Source: a virus
Lineage: Duplodnaviria > Caudoviricetes
IMG/VR virus record: IMGVR_UViG_3300021255_000152
Location: 1 to 64,000 of that record
Reading direction: 5' to 3' (one strand)
DNA length: 64,000 nt
This document shows, piece by piece, positions 24,201 through 37,189 of the stretch (positions within the stretch are counted from its first letter, which is position 1; the number at the start of each line of letters is the position of its first letter). The position numbers and the translations under genes are program-made. A model generated the notes under the pieces. It saw nothing but the letters and a program-made list of their open reading frames with translations, ran no database searches and was not told where the DNA came from.

Positions 24201-26368
24201 CGCATGAAGCGGTTAATGATACATGAGATAAGTGAAATGAACGTCTTGAAAGAGAAACTGATAGATTAGAAAATTATGCTAAAGAAATGGAAAGCATAAA
24301 AAATATTATTGATCTTACAGGACGTAAAATGTTAGGTCTTTCAACACAAGATATTGACAAGATGAATCAATCTCAGATTGAAAATAACTGAGCGCAAGTA
24401 GAATCTTGAAAAGCTATCATGGAAGCTCGTAAAGCATCTATGGAAGAAGCTAAATATTATATGGAAAATGCTCAAACAGAAGAAGTTCGTGAAGAATGAA
24501 GAAAGAGTTATGAACAGTTTGAGGATGATTATAATGCTGCGCATCAAAATTATTATTCAGCATGAGAAGATACTTTAAAGAAAGTCCAAGATGCGTTTGA
24601 AGAAACAATGGATAATCTTGGAAAAGATTATAACGATGCAATGGGTGATTTAACACTTCTTCAAGAGCAGTTTGCGCGAAAGCAAGAAGTAGATCATTTA
24701 TATCTTGATGATTATGAGAAATATCATGAGTTAAATAAATCTTCCGATGAACTTCGTAAGAGTCTTGAGAATACCAATAGCACAATGATGAAGTCTAAGA
24801 TGAATGACCTCTTGGATGAGATGAATGCATCTATGCGTGATGGTGTTCAAATTTCAGAAGCACAGGCTGAAATATATGCACGTAGAGTAGCATTATTACA
24901 AGCCGAAGCTGAGCTTTTGGATGCGCAAAATGCTAAGAGCGCAGTTCGCATGACTCGTGATAATGAAGGTAATTTCAGTTATACTTATACAGCAGATCAA
25001 GATCAAATTGATGATGCTGAGGGTAACTTCCAAGATAAGTTCTATGAAGTTCTAGATTATGAACGTCAATATATGGAAGATATTCAAGGTCAAATGTTAG
25101 ACATGACAGAGCAATTCTGGAGTGATTATTATGACCTTTGTGAAAGATATAAAGATGATTCAACTGCATTAGAAGAGGCTATTGAGGGTTTAGTAGATGA
25201 CTATAATTTAAAAATGGATTTCTTAGTATCTGAACAAGAGATGGATATGGGTGAAATGGCTCGTTTGAGAGATGAAGACTGAAAAGACTTTGAAACTCTT
25301 ACTGGAAAGAAACTTGCCAATCAAAATGATTTTATAACTAAGTTTAAAGAAACTATTGTCGGAAGATTGCGTCCTCAATATCAAAATGCAAATGACTATG
25401 CAACTCAATGGCAAAAGACAGTAGAGAAAACTACTCAAGAAGGAAATAAGGCTGTAGATAAATATCAGACTAACACTCAAAAAACATTTGAGAAAGCCGG
25501 AGAAAATATTACTACTTATGGAAATAAAGCTGTTGAGAAAATGAATGATATTGCCGCACAAAGTCAAACAACCAAAGACAATGTTACTACAATGGCTGGA
25601 CAAATGCAAATTGATATGGGTCAAGTTATGACTACGGCATGAAGTCTTGATAGTACATGAGCTACGGTTATGAATAATATGCGTACTCAAATTCAGCAAA
25701 CGGTAAGTGCTTTATACACATTATTACAAAGATTACAAGAAGTTCAGCGTCAAGCACAAGCTACCATTGCTGCTTGTGCAGCTGCTGCTCAGGCTCAAGC
25801 AGCCGCCGCCCTTGGTGGAGGCGGAGGTGCCGGTGGCGGCGGTGGTGGAGGAGGAACCGGTGGAGGTTCTGGCAATACTACTACAGGTAATAATGGTACT
25901 ACGTATAAGGTAGGCTTTGTTTCCGAAGATGGAAGTATGGGACAACAAACCTATACTTTTAAAGATAGACAAAGTGCTAATAATTTCTTAAGAGAAGTAG
26001 ATAAAACTAATGATATGGCTTGAAAAATTGGTTGAGCTACTGGTGGTTATACTGGAGCTTGAGGTCCAGAAGGAAAAATAGCTATGCTTCATGAGAAAGA
26101 ATTGGTTCTTAATAAAGAAGACACTTCTAATATTCTTAATGTAGTAGATAGTGTTCGTAATATGGTAAGTAATTTTGGTCGCAATGCATTAAATGATATT
26201 GCTAGTGCTATTACGAATTCTGGTTCTTTGGCGTTAGCTGGAACTGGAGTAATGGATCAAAATGTTCATATTGAAGCAAATTTTCCTAACGTACAATCTC
26301 ATACAGAGATTGAAATGGCGTTAAACAATCTTGTTAATTCTGCTGCTCAATATGTTAATCGTAAATAA
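18206..26368 (+). CDS. Tail tape measure protein, ~2720 aa; about 26 TGA=Trp
   Basis: 14 track fragments share one frame; TP901-type core (YMTAIWNNF...VGNAFRTIFSRL), hydrophobic segments, coiled coils and C-terminal ATGGYTGAWG...AMLHEKELVLN. Confidence 0.92.
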
Positions 26369-26372
26369 TTTT

Positions 26373-26405
26373 AAGGGTTCCCTTATGGGAACCCTTTTCT
26401 TTTTT
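26373..26405 (+). terminator. Intrinsic terminator after the tape measure gene
   Basis: AAGGGTTCCC-TTAT-GGGAACCCTT plus T tract. Confidence 0.85.
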
Positions 26406-26451
26406 GGCCAATTACTTGTCATAAAGCCGACGTTTTTTTTATAATAAAAGA
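26406..26451 (+). promoter_or_regulatory. Candidate phage late promoter motif
   Basis: GGCCA-N10-A-N17-TTA directly after a terminator; same spacing as the other copies. Confidence 0.5.
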
Positions 26452-26479
26452 GATATAGGAGAAAAAGGAGGAGAATGGT

Positions 26480-29400
26480 ATGGCTGATGATTTAAACTTA
26501 ACTCAAAAGTATCTTGATGCGATTAATGAAGCTATATCTGTTCATACTAAAAATGCGGTTCAAGGACTAGCATTTAATAAAACAGAAACAGCTACTATTG
26601 TTGGCGAACAAGATGCCAATGGGTTTTACCCAGTCTATAATGGTTCAGTAAGATATATGGCGAAGTCTGAAAAAACCAATTATAGAAAGGGATCAACTGT
26701 CTATGTTACAATACCAAACAATGACACTTCGCAAGAAAAGTATATTGTTGGAATGTTGCGTGACAAAGATGGAAAAGGACTTACATACGTTTCGCCTTTA
26801 CAGAAATATGCACCTGATGAAAAATTAGGAAATTTCTTAGAAAAAGAAGAATGAAAAATTGATCAAAGCGATGACTTTTGAACTTCTCTATTGCAATCCA
26901 ATGGAGCTACAAATCAATTAAATTATAATAATACGGAAGGAACAGGACTTGTTGCAAATTTTAATTTACAAAAAAATTCACAAGGACCTGAATATGTATT
27001 TTTATATCAATCTAAGAATCTCCAAGAGTGTAAAGATATTAATGAAAAGAACTTCAAATATATGGGAGTTTCTGTTGATTTCAAAACTTTGCTTAGTGCA
27101 TATCACGTAATAAAAGGAGATTATGGAATACAGATTTTTATTCAGTATTCTTATAACCAAGAAAACAGAGAATCTGAAAAAGTTTATAAAGTTTCTACAT
27201 ATAGATTAAGTACCAGAGATATGGTCGGTGCGGTTTATAATTTTAATACTTACTATAAACAAGAAGCTTTATTTGAAATTGATAATAATATTGAAGCTGG
27301 AACAAAAATACATCGAATTGGTATTATGTTCTATCAAGATGGTAATTTTATTAATTCTGATGGTCATATTGATACTAAATACAATATTAATAAATTAAAG
27401 AATATCTTATTAAGAAATCTTTCCATTGAATTCGGTGATGATCTTCCAGAAGATGTTATTGATGAAGTTAAAATTTATACCACAAATGGTCAATATTATG
27501 ATTCCGCGCAATTGAATGAACAACTTAATGAAAAGCGCATTCAATTAAAATGAAGACATCTCGATTATGATAATGCAGAAGATGAAGATGAGCCTGGTAA
27601 ATTGGTAGAAGTAACAAGTGCTACTTCTAAAATTTCTAGTGGAGCAGATGTAAATTTATATCCAAAGATAACGTGGTATAAAGACTCTCTTCATACCTTA
27701 GCGGACTTTAGAGCTGAAGAAGCAGCAGCGGCCGCGGAAAATGATGCGTTATATGAATTATTAGAAAAATATAAATCTTCTATGAGTGCGCGTGATGCAT
27801 TCTTAGACGTATGAAAACAAGAATACGATAGAATCGTTGGTGAAGAAACCTTAGAAACTATCGAACAACGTGCTCTTGAACAGCACTATGCCGCAATTAG
27901 AGATGCTTCTGGTCAAGCATATGAATATCATCCAGATGCTATTACTAGAGATGAGATGTATGATTTAATTAATGAATTAAATCTTAATCCATCCAAAGAT
28001 TATTTTTATAATATGGAAACTCAACAATATTATCTCACTCCAAGTGGAGAAGATATTGTTGATAGAACTATTACTCGTAATGCTAAGGAGGCTTTATCCC
28101 CTGCGGCAAGCAGTGAAGATGGTGGCGATCATTGAGTTCCTATTGCAGTAAATACTTTAAAAGTAGATTTTACTCCAGAGGAAGAACTCAAGCGCAATGA
28201 TTTTTCAATAAAATGTATTGTAGAATATGGTCCAAGAGATAATAATGGAAATATTATTAAAGAAAGTGATCATTATAGAAAGATAGTTTCTAATATTATT
28301 ACATTTATTAACTTGACCGCAGTACCTGATCCTAATACACAGGATGCGGCAATAGGTGTAAAGATTACATATGATGATGAATCTAATGGACAATATCCTT
28401 TATATGATGGTCAAACTGGAAAAATATTAGATAATTTTGATAGCAGTGAAGAACGTACTTTAACAATGGATTTCGTTTCTAAATATAGCGGAAAAAGTTA
28501 TCTTAATGGAAATGAAAGTATTATATGAGAAGTTCCAAAGACCAATACAATGATTGATCCTGCTGGTTATGTCAATCTTAAAGCAACCAAAGATTCTCCT
28601 GAAAATGTTGATGGAGTAACTACTCGATATATTTTAGGAGAGACTGAAGGTAAAGAATTAGCCAAGAAATATTATATTAATTATGATCCAGTAAATTATT
28701 ATTATATTAAACTAGATTGCTATAATAGTAATAATGTAAAAATTTATGCTAAATTGCACTATCAAATAAAAGAATATTATGTTCAAAGCGCAATAAGTAA
28801 TACTGTAACGTGTCATTTAATTAAGAACCAGCAAATATATACTGGTACAACGACAATGTCGTTTAGCCATAAAGGTACGAATGGAACAGATTATACATTT
28901 ACTCTTGGTTTTGGTAAGCTGGTTGATATTAATAATAATTGGGAAGAAAAAGGTCCAGCTGATTCAGCATTAACTATTGGTGAGCAGTATTGGCGTTTAA
29001 TTAACTTTGATTTATTCGACGCAGACTGCAAGCAAATAAATTTGACAGATCAACAAAAAAACGATATAATTAAATTATGGGTAGAGCATAAAGAAGATGG
29101 TTTTTATACATCAAATGTTGGAAATGCATTAGATATTCAAGGAAAAAGAAATACACAAGGTTTATATACACAAGTAGCGATTAGAGTTAAAAATAATTAT
29201 ACATCTATTGTAGAAGATTTAAAATATATAGTATTACAAGCGTCTTTGAAATCTAACGCAACATCTACTTATAATAATAGAATATATAATTTAGATAATA
29301 TTTTATTCACGCAATTTTTACAAATTCCAATAAAGACACAACAAAAATATTATCTAAATGGTTCTGGTATTATTTTTTATGACGATGATGGAGCAATAGA

Positions 29401-31291
29401 TAATGGTACTAATTCTCCAAAATACGCTTTAAAGAATAGAACTGGAGCACAGCATTTAGTAATAAGAGCGAATGGAGTAGAAATAACTCCTTCTACAGCT
29501 AATGCACAATATTATCCATCTTTTACAGCAGAGTGAGAATTAGAGCCAACTTCTATTTTCTTTTCAAATATTGCTTATGAAAGTCAATTTTCTAAGAAAG
29601 CAAGTAAGTTAGCTATTGATTGTTATGATGGAACAAGTTTAGTATATACAGTTCCATTATTAATTTTACAAAACAAATATCAAATTCCCGCGCTTAATAG
29701 ATGGAATGGTAAATTATTAGTAGATAGCGATAATAACCAGATTATGGCTGCTACTATTAGCGCAGGTCACAAAGAACAGAATAATTCTTTTACTGGAATT
29801 ATTATGGGAGATATCCGAAAGAAAGATGGCCAGCGAGAAGCATATACACCAATATCTGGATTATTTGGATATAATACTGGCGCGCAATCATTTGGATTCC
29901 AAACTGATGGTACTGGATTTATAGGTAAATCTGGAACTGGTAGAATTGAATTTAACGGAGAAAAGGGTTGGATTCAAAGTGGTAATTATAGCGCATCAGA
30001 GAACGCAGTTAATCGTTCTGGAACTAGGATAGATCTTGACGACGGATCTATTGATATGTGAGGACGAGGAGTTACTTATACTTATAACAAAGATAAGAAT
30101 AGGTATGAGGCATCAAATACTGGTGTTGGCGATGTTAGTACAAATATTCATTTAGATACTGCTGGAACTATTAGCAAACCTTATTTTAAGATAGAGGTAC
30201 CTAGATATTATACTACTAATAATAGGGGTACTGTCAGTAGCTCACAAACTAATAATCCTTCTTATGATAGAATTTCTTTAATGCAAATAGATCAAAGTAA
30301 TTTCTATTTACAAACTGCGGATTATGATGAATCTAGAAATACTGGATTAAAGATTGATTTAAGGCAAGGAATTTTTGATAGCAAAGGAAAACTTACTATT
30401 AATGGTGCTCTTGGTTCTGAAATTAATTTTGGCTCTGGTGACAATAATATTAGAATGGGTATCTATGGAAATGGTACTGCTTATTTAACCGCAACAGGTA
30501 CATTAAATATTACTGGTAATGAAAATTCTAGAATTGATTTTGGTGAGTATTTAACTATTACAGGTAGTGGTACTGGAAATAGAATTGGTGGTAGTACATT
30601 ATCTAATAGTGGTATTCATGCAGATAATGCTAATTGAGGAATTAATTCTGATGGTAGTGCTTATTTTAAAAACGTAAGTGTTACTGAAAATAGTACATTT
30701 AATTTAGGTACTCAAGGAATTGGTGGAAACGGCATTTCTTTTGGAAATGGATTCGCAAGTTTTTCTGGAGATATTTATGCAAATAATGGATATTTTACAG
30801 GAACTGTAAGCGCTGCTACGATTACTGGTGGTACCATTACTGGTGCAGCTATTACCGGTGGTACTGTTGCCGCAGAACAGCTAACAGTAGGTGGAACTCA
30901 AGTTGGAGTACAACCTGCAACTTGAATTTCAAGTATAGATTCTATAGATGTAGAATCTGATCAAATTAGTTATATACATTCTTTATCTATTGGATCTGGT
31001 GGAGCTGCTTGAGATAAAGGTTCTGCTAATACAATAAGAAAAATTACAATAAAATATACTACTGGAAGCTCTAGCGTTGTTGGAACTCCAGCAAAAGGAA
31101 ATGGATCTGCGACAAATGGTTCTAGTCATGCTGCACCTGTTGAGGGCTTAGGAGGAGAATTCTATAAATGAGAATTTGCTTCTGATAGTCATACTCATAG
31201 TTGAAGTGATACAACTTCAGTTACAATTGGGCCATTAGGTGGTACTGCTGAGATTAATGTCGGCGGAGAGACTGGAGGACCAAGAGGATAA
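26480..31291 (+). CDS. Large tail tip/spike-like protein, ~1603 aa; many TGA=Trp
   Basis: Seven fragments in one frame; Gly/Thr-rich, beta-helix-like C-terminal third (ITGG repeats); follows the tape measure gene. Confidence 0.75.
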
Positions 31292-31297
31292 TTATAT

Positions 31298-31567
31298 ATG
31301 AACAATTTTAGTATAGAATATTTTCATAAACAATTAATTGAATTAATAAATAGTAGTGGATTACCTGTTGGAATAGTCTATTATATTTTAAAAGATGCTC
31401 TCGTTGAGGTTAAAAATCTTTATAATGATTGTTTATTAACAGAATCTCAAAATGGTGAGAAAAAAGAAGTTAAAACTTTTAATATAAATGCATGTGAGGA
31501 GGAAATGGAGAATGAAGGAACAAACACAGATGCTTCAGAACATTCTGGAAGCACTAATGACAATTAG
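31298..31567 (+). CDS. Small hypothetical protein
   Basis: 89-aa ORF packed directly after the previous stop. Confidence 0.65.
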   Translation: MNNFSIEYFHKQLIELINSSGLPVGIVYYILKDALVEVKNLYNDCLLTESQNGEKKEVKTFNINACEEEMENEGTNTDASEHSGSTNDN

Positions 31568-31697
31568 TACAAAAGGTAATGATACAATTACAATGGCTAA
31601 CGTGCTTCAGGCTTTACAAAATGTAATTACAGAAGTTAAGAACATGCCTGAACCAGCTCCTGCTGTAGTTGAGCCAGAAGTTGTTGAAAATAAGTAA
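31512..31697 (+). CDS. Small hypothetical protein (61 aa)
   Basis: MKEQTQML...; GAGG/GGAG upstream; overlaps the previous gene. Confidence 0.6.
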   Translation: MKEQTQMLQNILEALMTISTKGNDTITMANVLQALQNVITEVKNMPEPAPAVVEPEVVENK

Positions 31698-31715
31698 GAG
31701 AAGGAGGAGAAAGAT

Positions 31716-34700
31716 ATGGCAAAGTTATACCCTCCATATTTAGAAGGAACATTGCCAGCTTTCTGCCTTGATGCGAGTGGGGATGGTGTTTTAACCATCC
31801 CTTTTGCGCATAATAAGGCGGTAAGTATTGATGATTTTGGAAGTATTTCTGTCAAAGTAAAAACTGTTCAAAATGATTTATTTATTGCTGATTTTAATAC
31901 AAAAGATGAAGATTGTGGATGAGAAAATAAAGCAATTACAGAATTAAAATTTACTGTTAAAAATTTTGCCATAGGTGATAAATGAACCGATATTAAGGTA
32001 GGACAGTTTTACAAAATCCAATTAGCTTATAGGGACAGAAATGACGTTGTTGGTTATTTCTCAACTGTTGGAGTAACAAAATGCACATCTTTACCAAGTG
32101 TAACGATTAAAGGTTTTGAACCTCCAAATGTAGTTAATAATAATGCTCCAGAGTTTTTAGGAGTATTCATGCAGGCTAAGGATGGAGATATTACTGAAAA
32201 AGTATATTCTAGTCGTTTTATCATAACAGATATTGCGAACAATGTTATAGAAGATACTGGTGATGTTCTACATAATATAGAAAATAATCCAAATTCATAT
32301 GAATCTGTTGATAGCTTTGAATTTAATAGAGATTTGAATTTTGGTGAGATATATAAAATACGATATATTGTAACTACTACTAATGGATGTGAAATCTCTA
32401 GTCCAGCATATTTAATGACACAGCAGAAATCTTTAGCGATGGAACTTAAAGGAGATTTGCTTGTTGATTTAAATTATGATGAAGGTTTTGTAGATGTTAG
32501 TATTAAAGGTTATGTTGATGAAAATGGAGTAGAAGAAAAGGGTAATGGAACTTTCTTGTTATCAAGAGAAGATTCTGTAAATCCAGGAGTATGAGAGAAG
32601 TTATATAAGTTTGCGCTTAAATACGAATCTCCTACTAAAACCATTTTTAGAGATTTTACTATTGAGCATGGTAAAACATATACATACTCTTTACAACAAT
32701 ATAACGAGAATAAAATTTATTCTGGAAGAAAAAAATCTAATTCTATATATGCGGATTTTGAAGACATGTTCCTATTTGATGGAGAACGTCAATTAAAGCT
32801 TCGTTTTAATCCGCAGGTTTCTAATTTTAAGACTCAGTTATCTGAATCCAGAAGTGAAACTATTGGTAGTAAGTATCCTTTTTTCTTCCGTAACGCAAAA
32901 GTTGGATATAAAACATTCCCAATCTCTGGATTGATTTCAATGTTAAGTGATGACAATGAATACTTTACTTCTTATAATAGTATTTTAAGAGAAGATAAAG
33001 AAGGAGAACGTCATGATGTTGAGTATGATAAGTTTATTCGTCCAACCGTTCAAAAAGATACTGATTTAATTTCTGAAAATATCGCATCAGAACGTTTATT
33101 TAAATTAAAGGTTCTTGACTGGGTAAATAACGGAAAGGTTAAATTATTTAGATCTCCTAATGAAGGTAACTATATTGTGCGCTTAATGGATAACTCTTTA
33201 ACTCCAGAAAACGGTCTTGGCCGCATGTTGCACAATTATAGTGGAACTGCTTATGAGTGCGCAGATTACACATATAGAAATCTTGTAGATTTTGAGATTA
33301 TTGATGATACATCTAGCGCAGATAATGAAGAACAAAAAGCATATGTTACAACTTGGAGAGAAAAGCGTTTAGAAGATTTCGCTAAGAATAATATACTTAG
33401 TTCTTCTGGATTGGATTTTGAAACTGGCGTAAATGGCGGAAAGGCTTCTAAGAATCTTCTTGAAGCGGATATTCAAGATGTATATACCAAGAATTTAAAA
33501 TTCACAGATTTCTTACCTGGAACTAGAATTAGATTAGTATTTGACTTTACTGGTGATTTTGATTCAGATGATTATGAAGAAATCACAATTGGCTCTACTG
33601 GCGCATATTTTGCAAATGATATTAGAAGAGTCTATGGCATTTATTTATTAAATGATAGTCAGACTTGAATAAGTTATCAAGATTATCTTCGTTATCAAGA
33701 TTTGAAAGAATCTAGAATCAAAGAAGCTCTTGGTGAAGATAATTATGCTGTTTATGAAGATATTAGAGATTTTACAAAAGATTTAGTTAATCAGCTTGAT
33801 AATGGTATCGACAAACAAACAGTAATGGATTCTTGGGTTAATAAAATTATTGGAACTTTGTATGAAGCAAATAATTACATTGATCCAAATACTGGCGCGA
33901 CATCAAATTGATTAGATAATGATAATACATGACAGGTCTTAAATAATTCTCCTTTGGCAAAAAGTGATGTTATAGGAATGTTAGTTTATTATCTATGGAA
34001 TGCGCAAAAAGATCCTTCTAAGAGAAATGTTTTAAATAATTTTAAAGAAGAAATCGTCAAGAAATTGCCAGAAGATGTTATTGCTGCTTACACTAAAGAA
34101 AATCCAAATTGAGCAGATAATTTTACTTTAACAACTCAAGATGAATGGAAGCAAGCTTGAGAAAAAGAATATGCTAAGGATAGAGAAACTTCTCTTAAAG
34201 AAGAGTTTTATCAGAGATATGGAGAAGATATTTCTGATGAAAGATTTAATGTCTTATGAGAAGAGGATGAGTATGAAGAAGGAATTACTTGGAAAGAAAA
34301 ATTAGAACAAGAAATTCAAGATCATACTTGAAATAAAGTCTTTATTAATAATATTACTGAATGGTGAGAATCACCTCGTTTAACCGCAAGAATGAGCGAA
34401 TTTGTTGATTGAAATACTTTTGTTTCTCTTCAGACAGTCAGATTACAACTCTCTGAATTAGAAAAGAGTTATGAATCTGCGGTAAAAAATATTGATGCGG
34501 TTAAAAAGAAAAAGAAGAGTTTTGAGAAAATATTAGAAGAACGAGTTGCTCAAAAAGAAGAAATTACTGCTGATGTTACCGCATTAGAAACTCGTTTAAC
34601 TGCTGTACAAGAATCTATTGAAGAAAAAGAAACAGCGATTGAAGAGGCAACTGCAGCAGATAGTAGTGATTTAAGTGTTTTAGAGAGCGAGCTTAAAGAA

Positions 34701-37172
34701 TTACAAAAGAATAAATCTGATTTAGAGAGAGATATTAAGGGATTGCGCAATAGTATTGTTAATATTGAAGATATTCTTGTTAATACTCAAAAATCTATTG
34801 ATGAATATGCGGAAAAGATTGAAACATATGAAAATATTATTGAACATTATGAGGAAGATAAAGCTAATTATTTGCAGCAAATCGCAGATAATAATGCAAT
34901 TTTAGCAGAACCTCCTTATAGTGAATTTAGTCTAGAATATAAATTCATAGAACCTTCTGATAGTTTAATTCTCTGGAACAATTGGAATAATGTAAAGACT
35001 TATTTACAAGAAGCTACTTTAAAAATGCCAGTTCCATGGACAAATATAAAGCCAGATGGATCCACTGAAACAAGTAATTCATATCGTTTGCCTGTTGTCT
35101 ATTCAACTGCTAAAAACGCAGTAAATTCAGCATGAGATCAGTTATATCAAACTTTAATGGATAAAACACCTTATGATGAAATTGAAGATGCTGTAAATAA
35201 AGTAGTCAGTGAATTAAAGAATATTCCTTATCCTACTGGAGAAGGAGTATATTATAATAACAATGGTAACCCCGTATATACTGATAAATATTGGTGAGAT
35301 AAATGATCTATGGCAACTGATTCTATTTATTGCGGAACGTTGCAGTCAGGAAGTGGAACCATTATTTATCAATATGATGTTCCTGTTAGAAATAATTTTG
35401 ATTCTATAGAAGCAGTACAAACAGATATTGGTTCTTATAGACAAATTGTTGGTCCAATTAAAGATATCGTTAAATCTGCTATTTCTCCCGATAATGGCGT
35501 TACTGAAAATGTGCGTGAAGAAATGACTAAGATTTGTATGTCAAATTATCACAAGCGTCCAGTTGGTTATCTTTACTCTAAAGAAGAATGAGATAATCCT
35601 ATTTATGACAATATCTTTGAAAATCGTAATGTAGATCAACAATATAGAACGGTTAGAGAAGATTTGAAACTTTATTGGGACAATAATTTTGATGAATCTA
35701 GAGTTTTTAATGACGAAGAATCTATGAAGCAATCACCATTTGCTTTATATGTAATAGCTTCTCCTATTATCGGAAATCAAAATTATTATGATCATATACA
35801 CACTTCTGCTTACAGTGATTTTACGGTAAGCAATAATAAGATATGACTTAAGTTACATCAACAAGCTAATTCATTAGATACTATTATTAGATATGGTGAA
35901 ATTAGAGATGCTGAAGCTGTTGTTATTTTGAACTATGGCATTCGAACACATTTAGACTGGGAACAACAAGATGATAAGTACAAGATAAATCATCCTTGAA
36001 AAGACTTCTCTTTAAGCTATGGAACGCAGATAGGTACAGATGAAGAAAAACTTATTTATAAAAATTCTAAGCAACTATGGGATTCTAATAACAAAAATAT
36101 TCGCACAAGAACCTGGGCTGTAATGCATTTGAATGACGAAACTTTAGCAAAGAAGATTGAAGATTTTTGAACTAATAATATTAGACGAAGAGCTGACAGC
36201 AATAAAACAGAATTCTCTATCTTATTCCCTTCTGGAGTGGTAGATTTATCTAATATAAATGATAATCAGTTAAAGTGGGTTGTAAATAATTTATCTGATT
36301 TAATGTATGAGTTAGAGAATCACCCAGATAAAGGTATTTCTTCATATTTCGCAGTTTCAGATGAACAAGTGCATGACGAGTTATTCCCTAATGTAGATGT
36401 AACAGAAGAGGTTGGCGCACATGTAGCATCACATCTCTTTGAGAAGTATTTTATAGACGCTATTATAAATCAGAGAAATGCTGAAGAGCTTATTACTAGA
36501 TTAAGTGGTTTATATACTTCTATTCAGAATTCAAAAGATAAGTGATATTCAGAATATATTAAAGAAAATTCTACAATAACATATGATGAATATTTGGAAG
36601 CATTAAATAATTTAAATGAAATTTGATTAGAGCAACCAAAAGTTTATGTGCTAGATGCTTGAAGCGGTAAGATTCATGCTATTGGAGATGATTATTTATA
36701 TGAACCAATTATTCGTTTTGATGGCAGTAGAATTGATTTAAGAGAGATTGAAAACTATTCATTAGATGATCTTGATGCTTCAATCACAACAATCGACGTG
36801 GGTAATGGCGTTTATGGTGAAATATTCTTCAGACAAGCAACAAAGACTTATGAGTTAGAGAAGATAGAAAAAGAAGTAGTTACTTTAAAAGAGAACTGAT
36901 CTACTCAAAAAGGCTTGCTTGACAATGTTCATTATTATTATCCTTTTGCTAAGGATAAGAACAATATATATAAATATACATCAAATCCTGATCAATATAA
37001 TAAAGATATTTCTACTGATCAAGAAGTAGTAGATGATTATAGTATTAAATATTTAAATGCTTTAGATGCAGAAAAAGAGGCTTATATTCTATATCTTGCC
37101 GCATTAAAGAAGGCAATAGATGAATGAGTTACTCAGAAATCAGAAGAAGTTTCTAACGCGTTGAATCAGTAA
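31716..37172 (+). CDS. Large baseplate/distal-tail-like protein with internal coiled coil, ~1818 aa; many TGA=Trp
   Basis: AGGAGG RBS; nine fragments share one frame; KVKLFRSPNEGNYIVRL-type distal-tail segment; function from synteny. Confidence 0.7.
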
Positions 37173-37189
37173 GAGAGAAAGGAGAGCAT

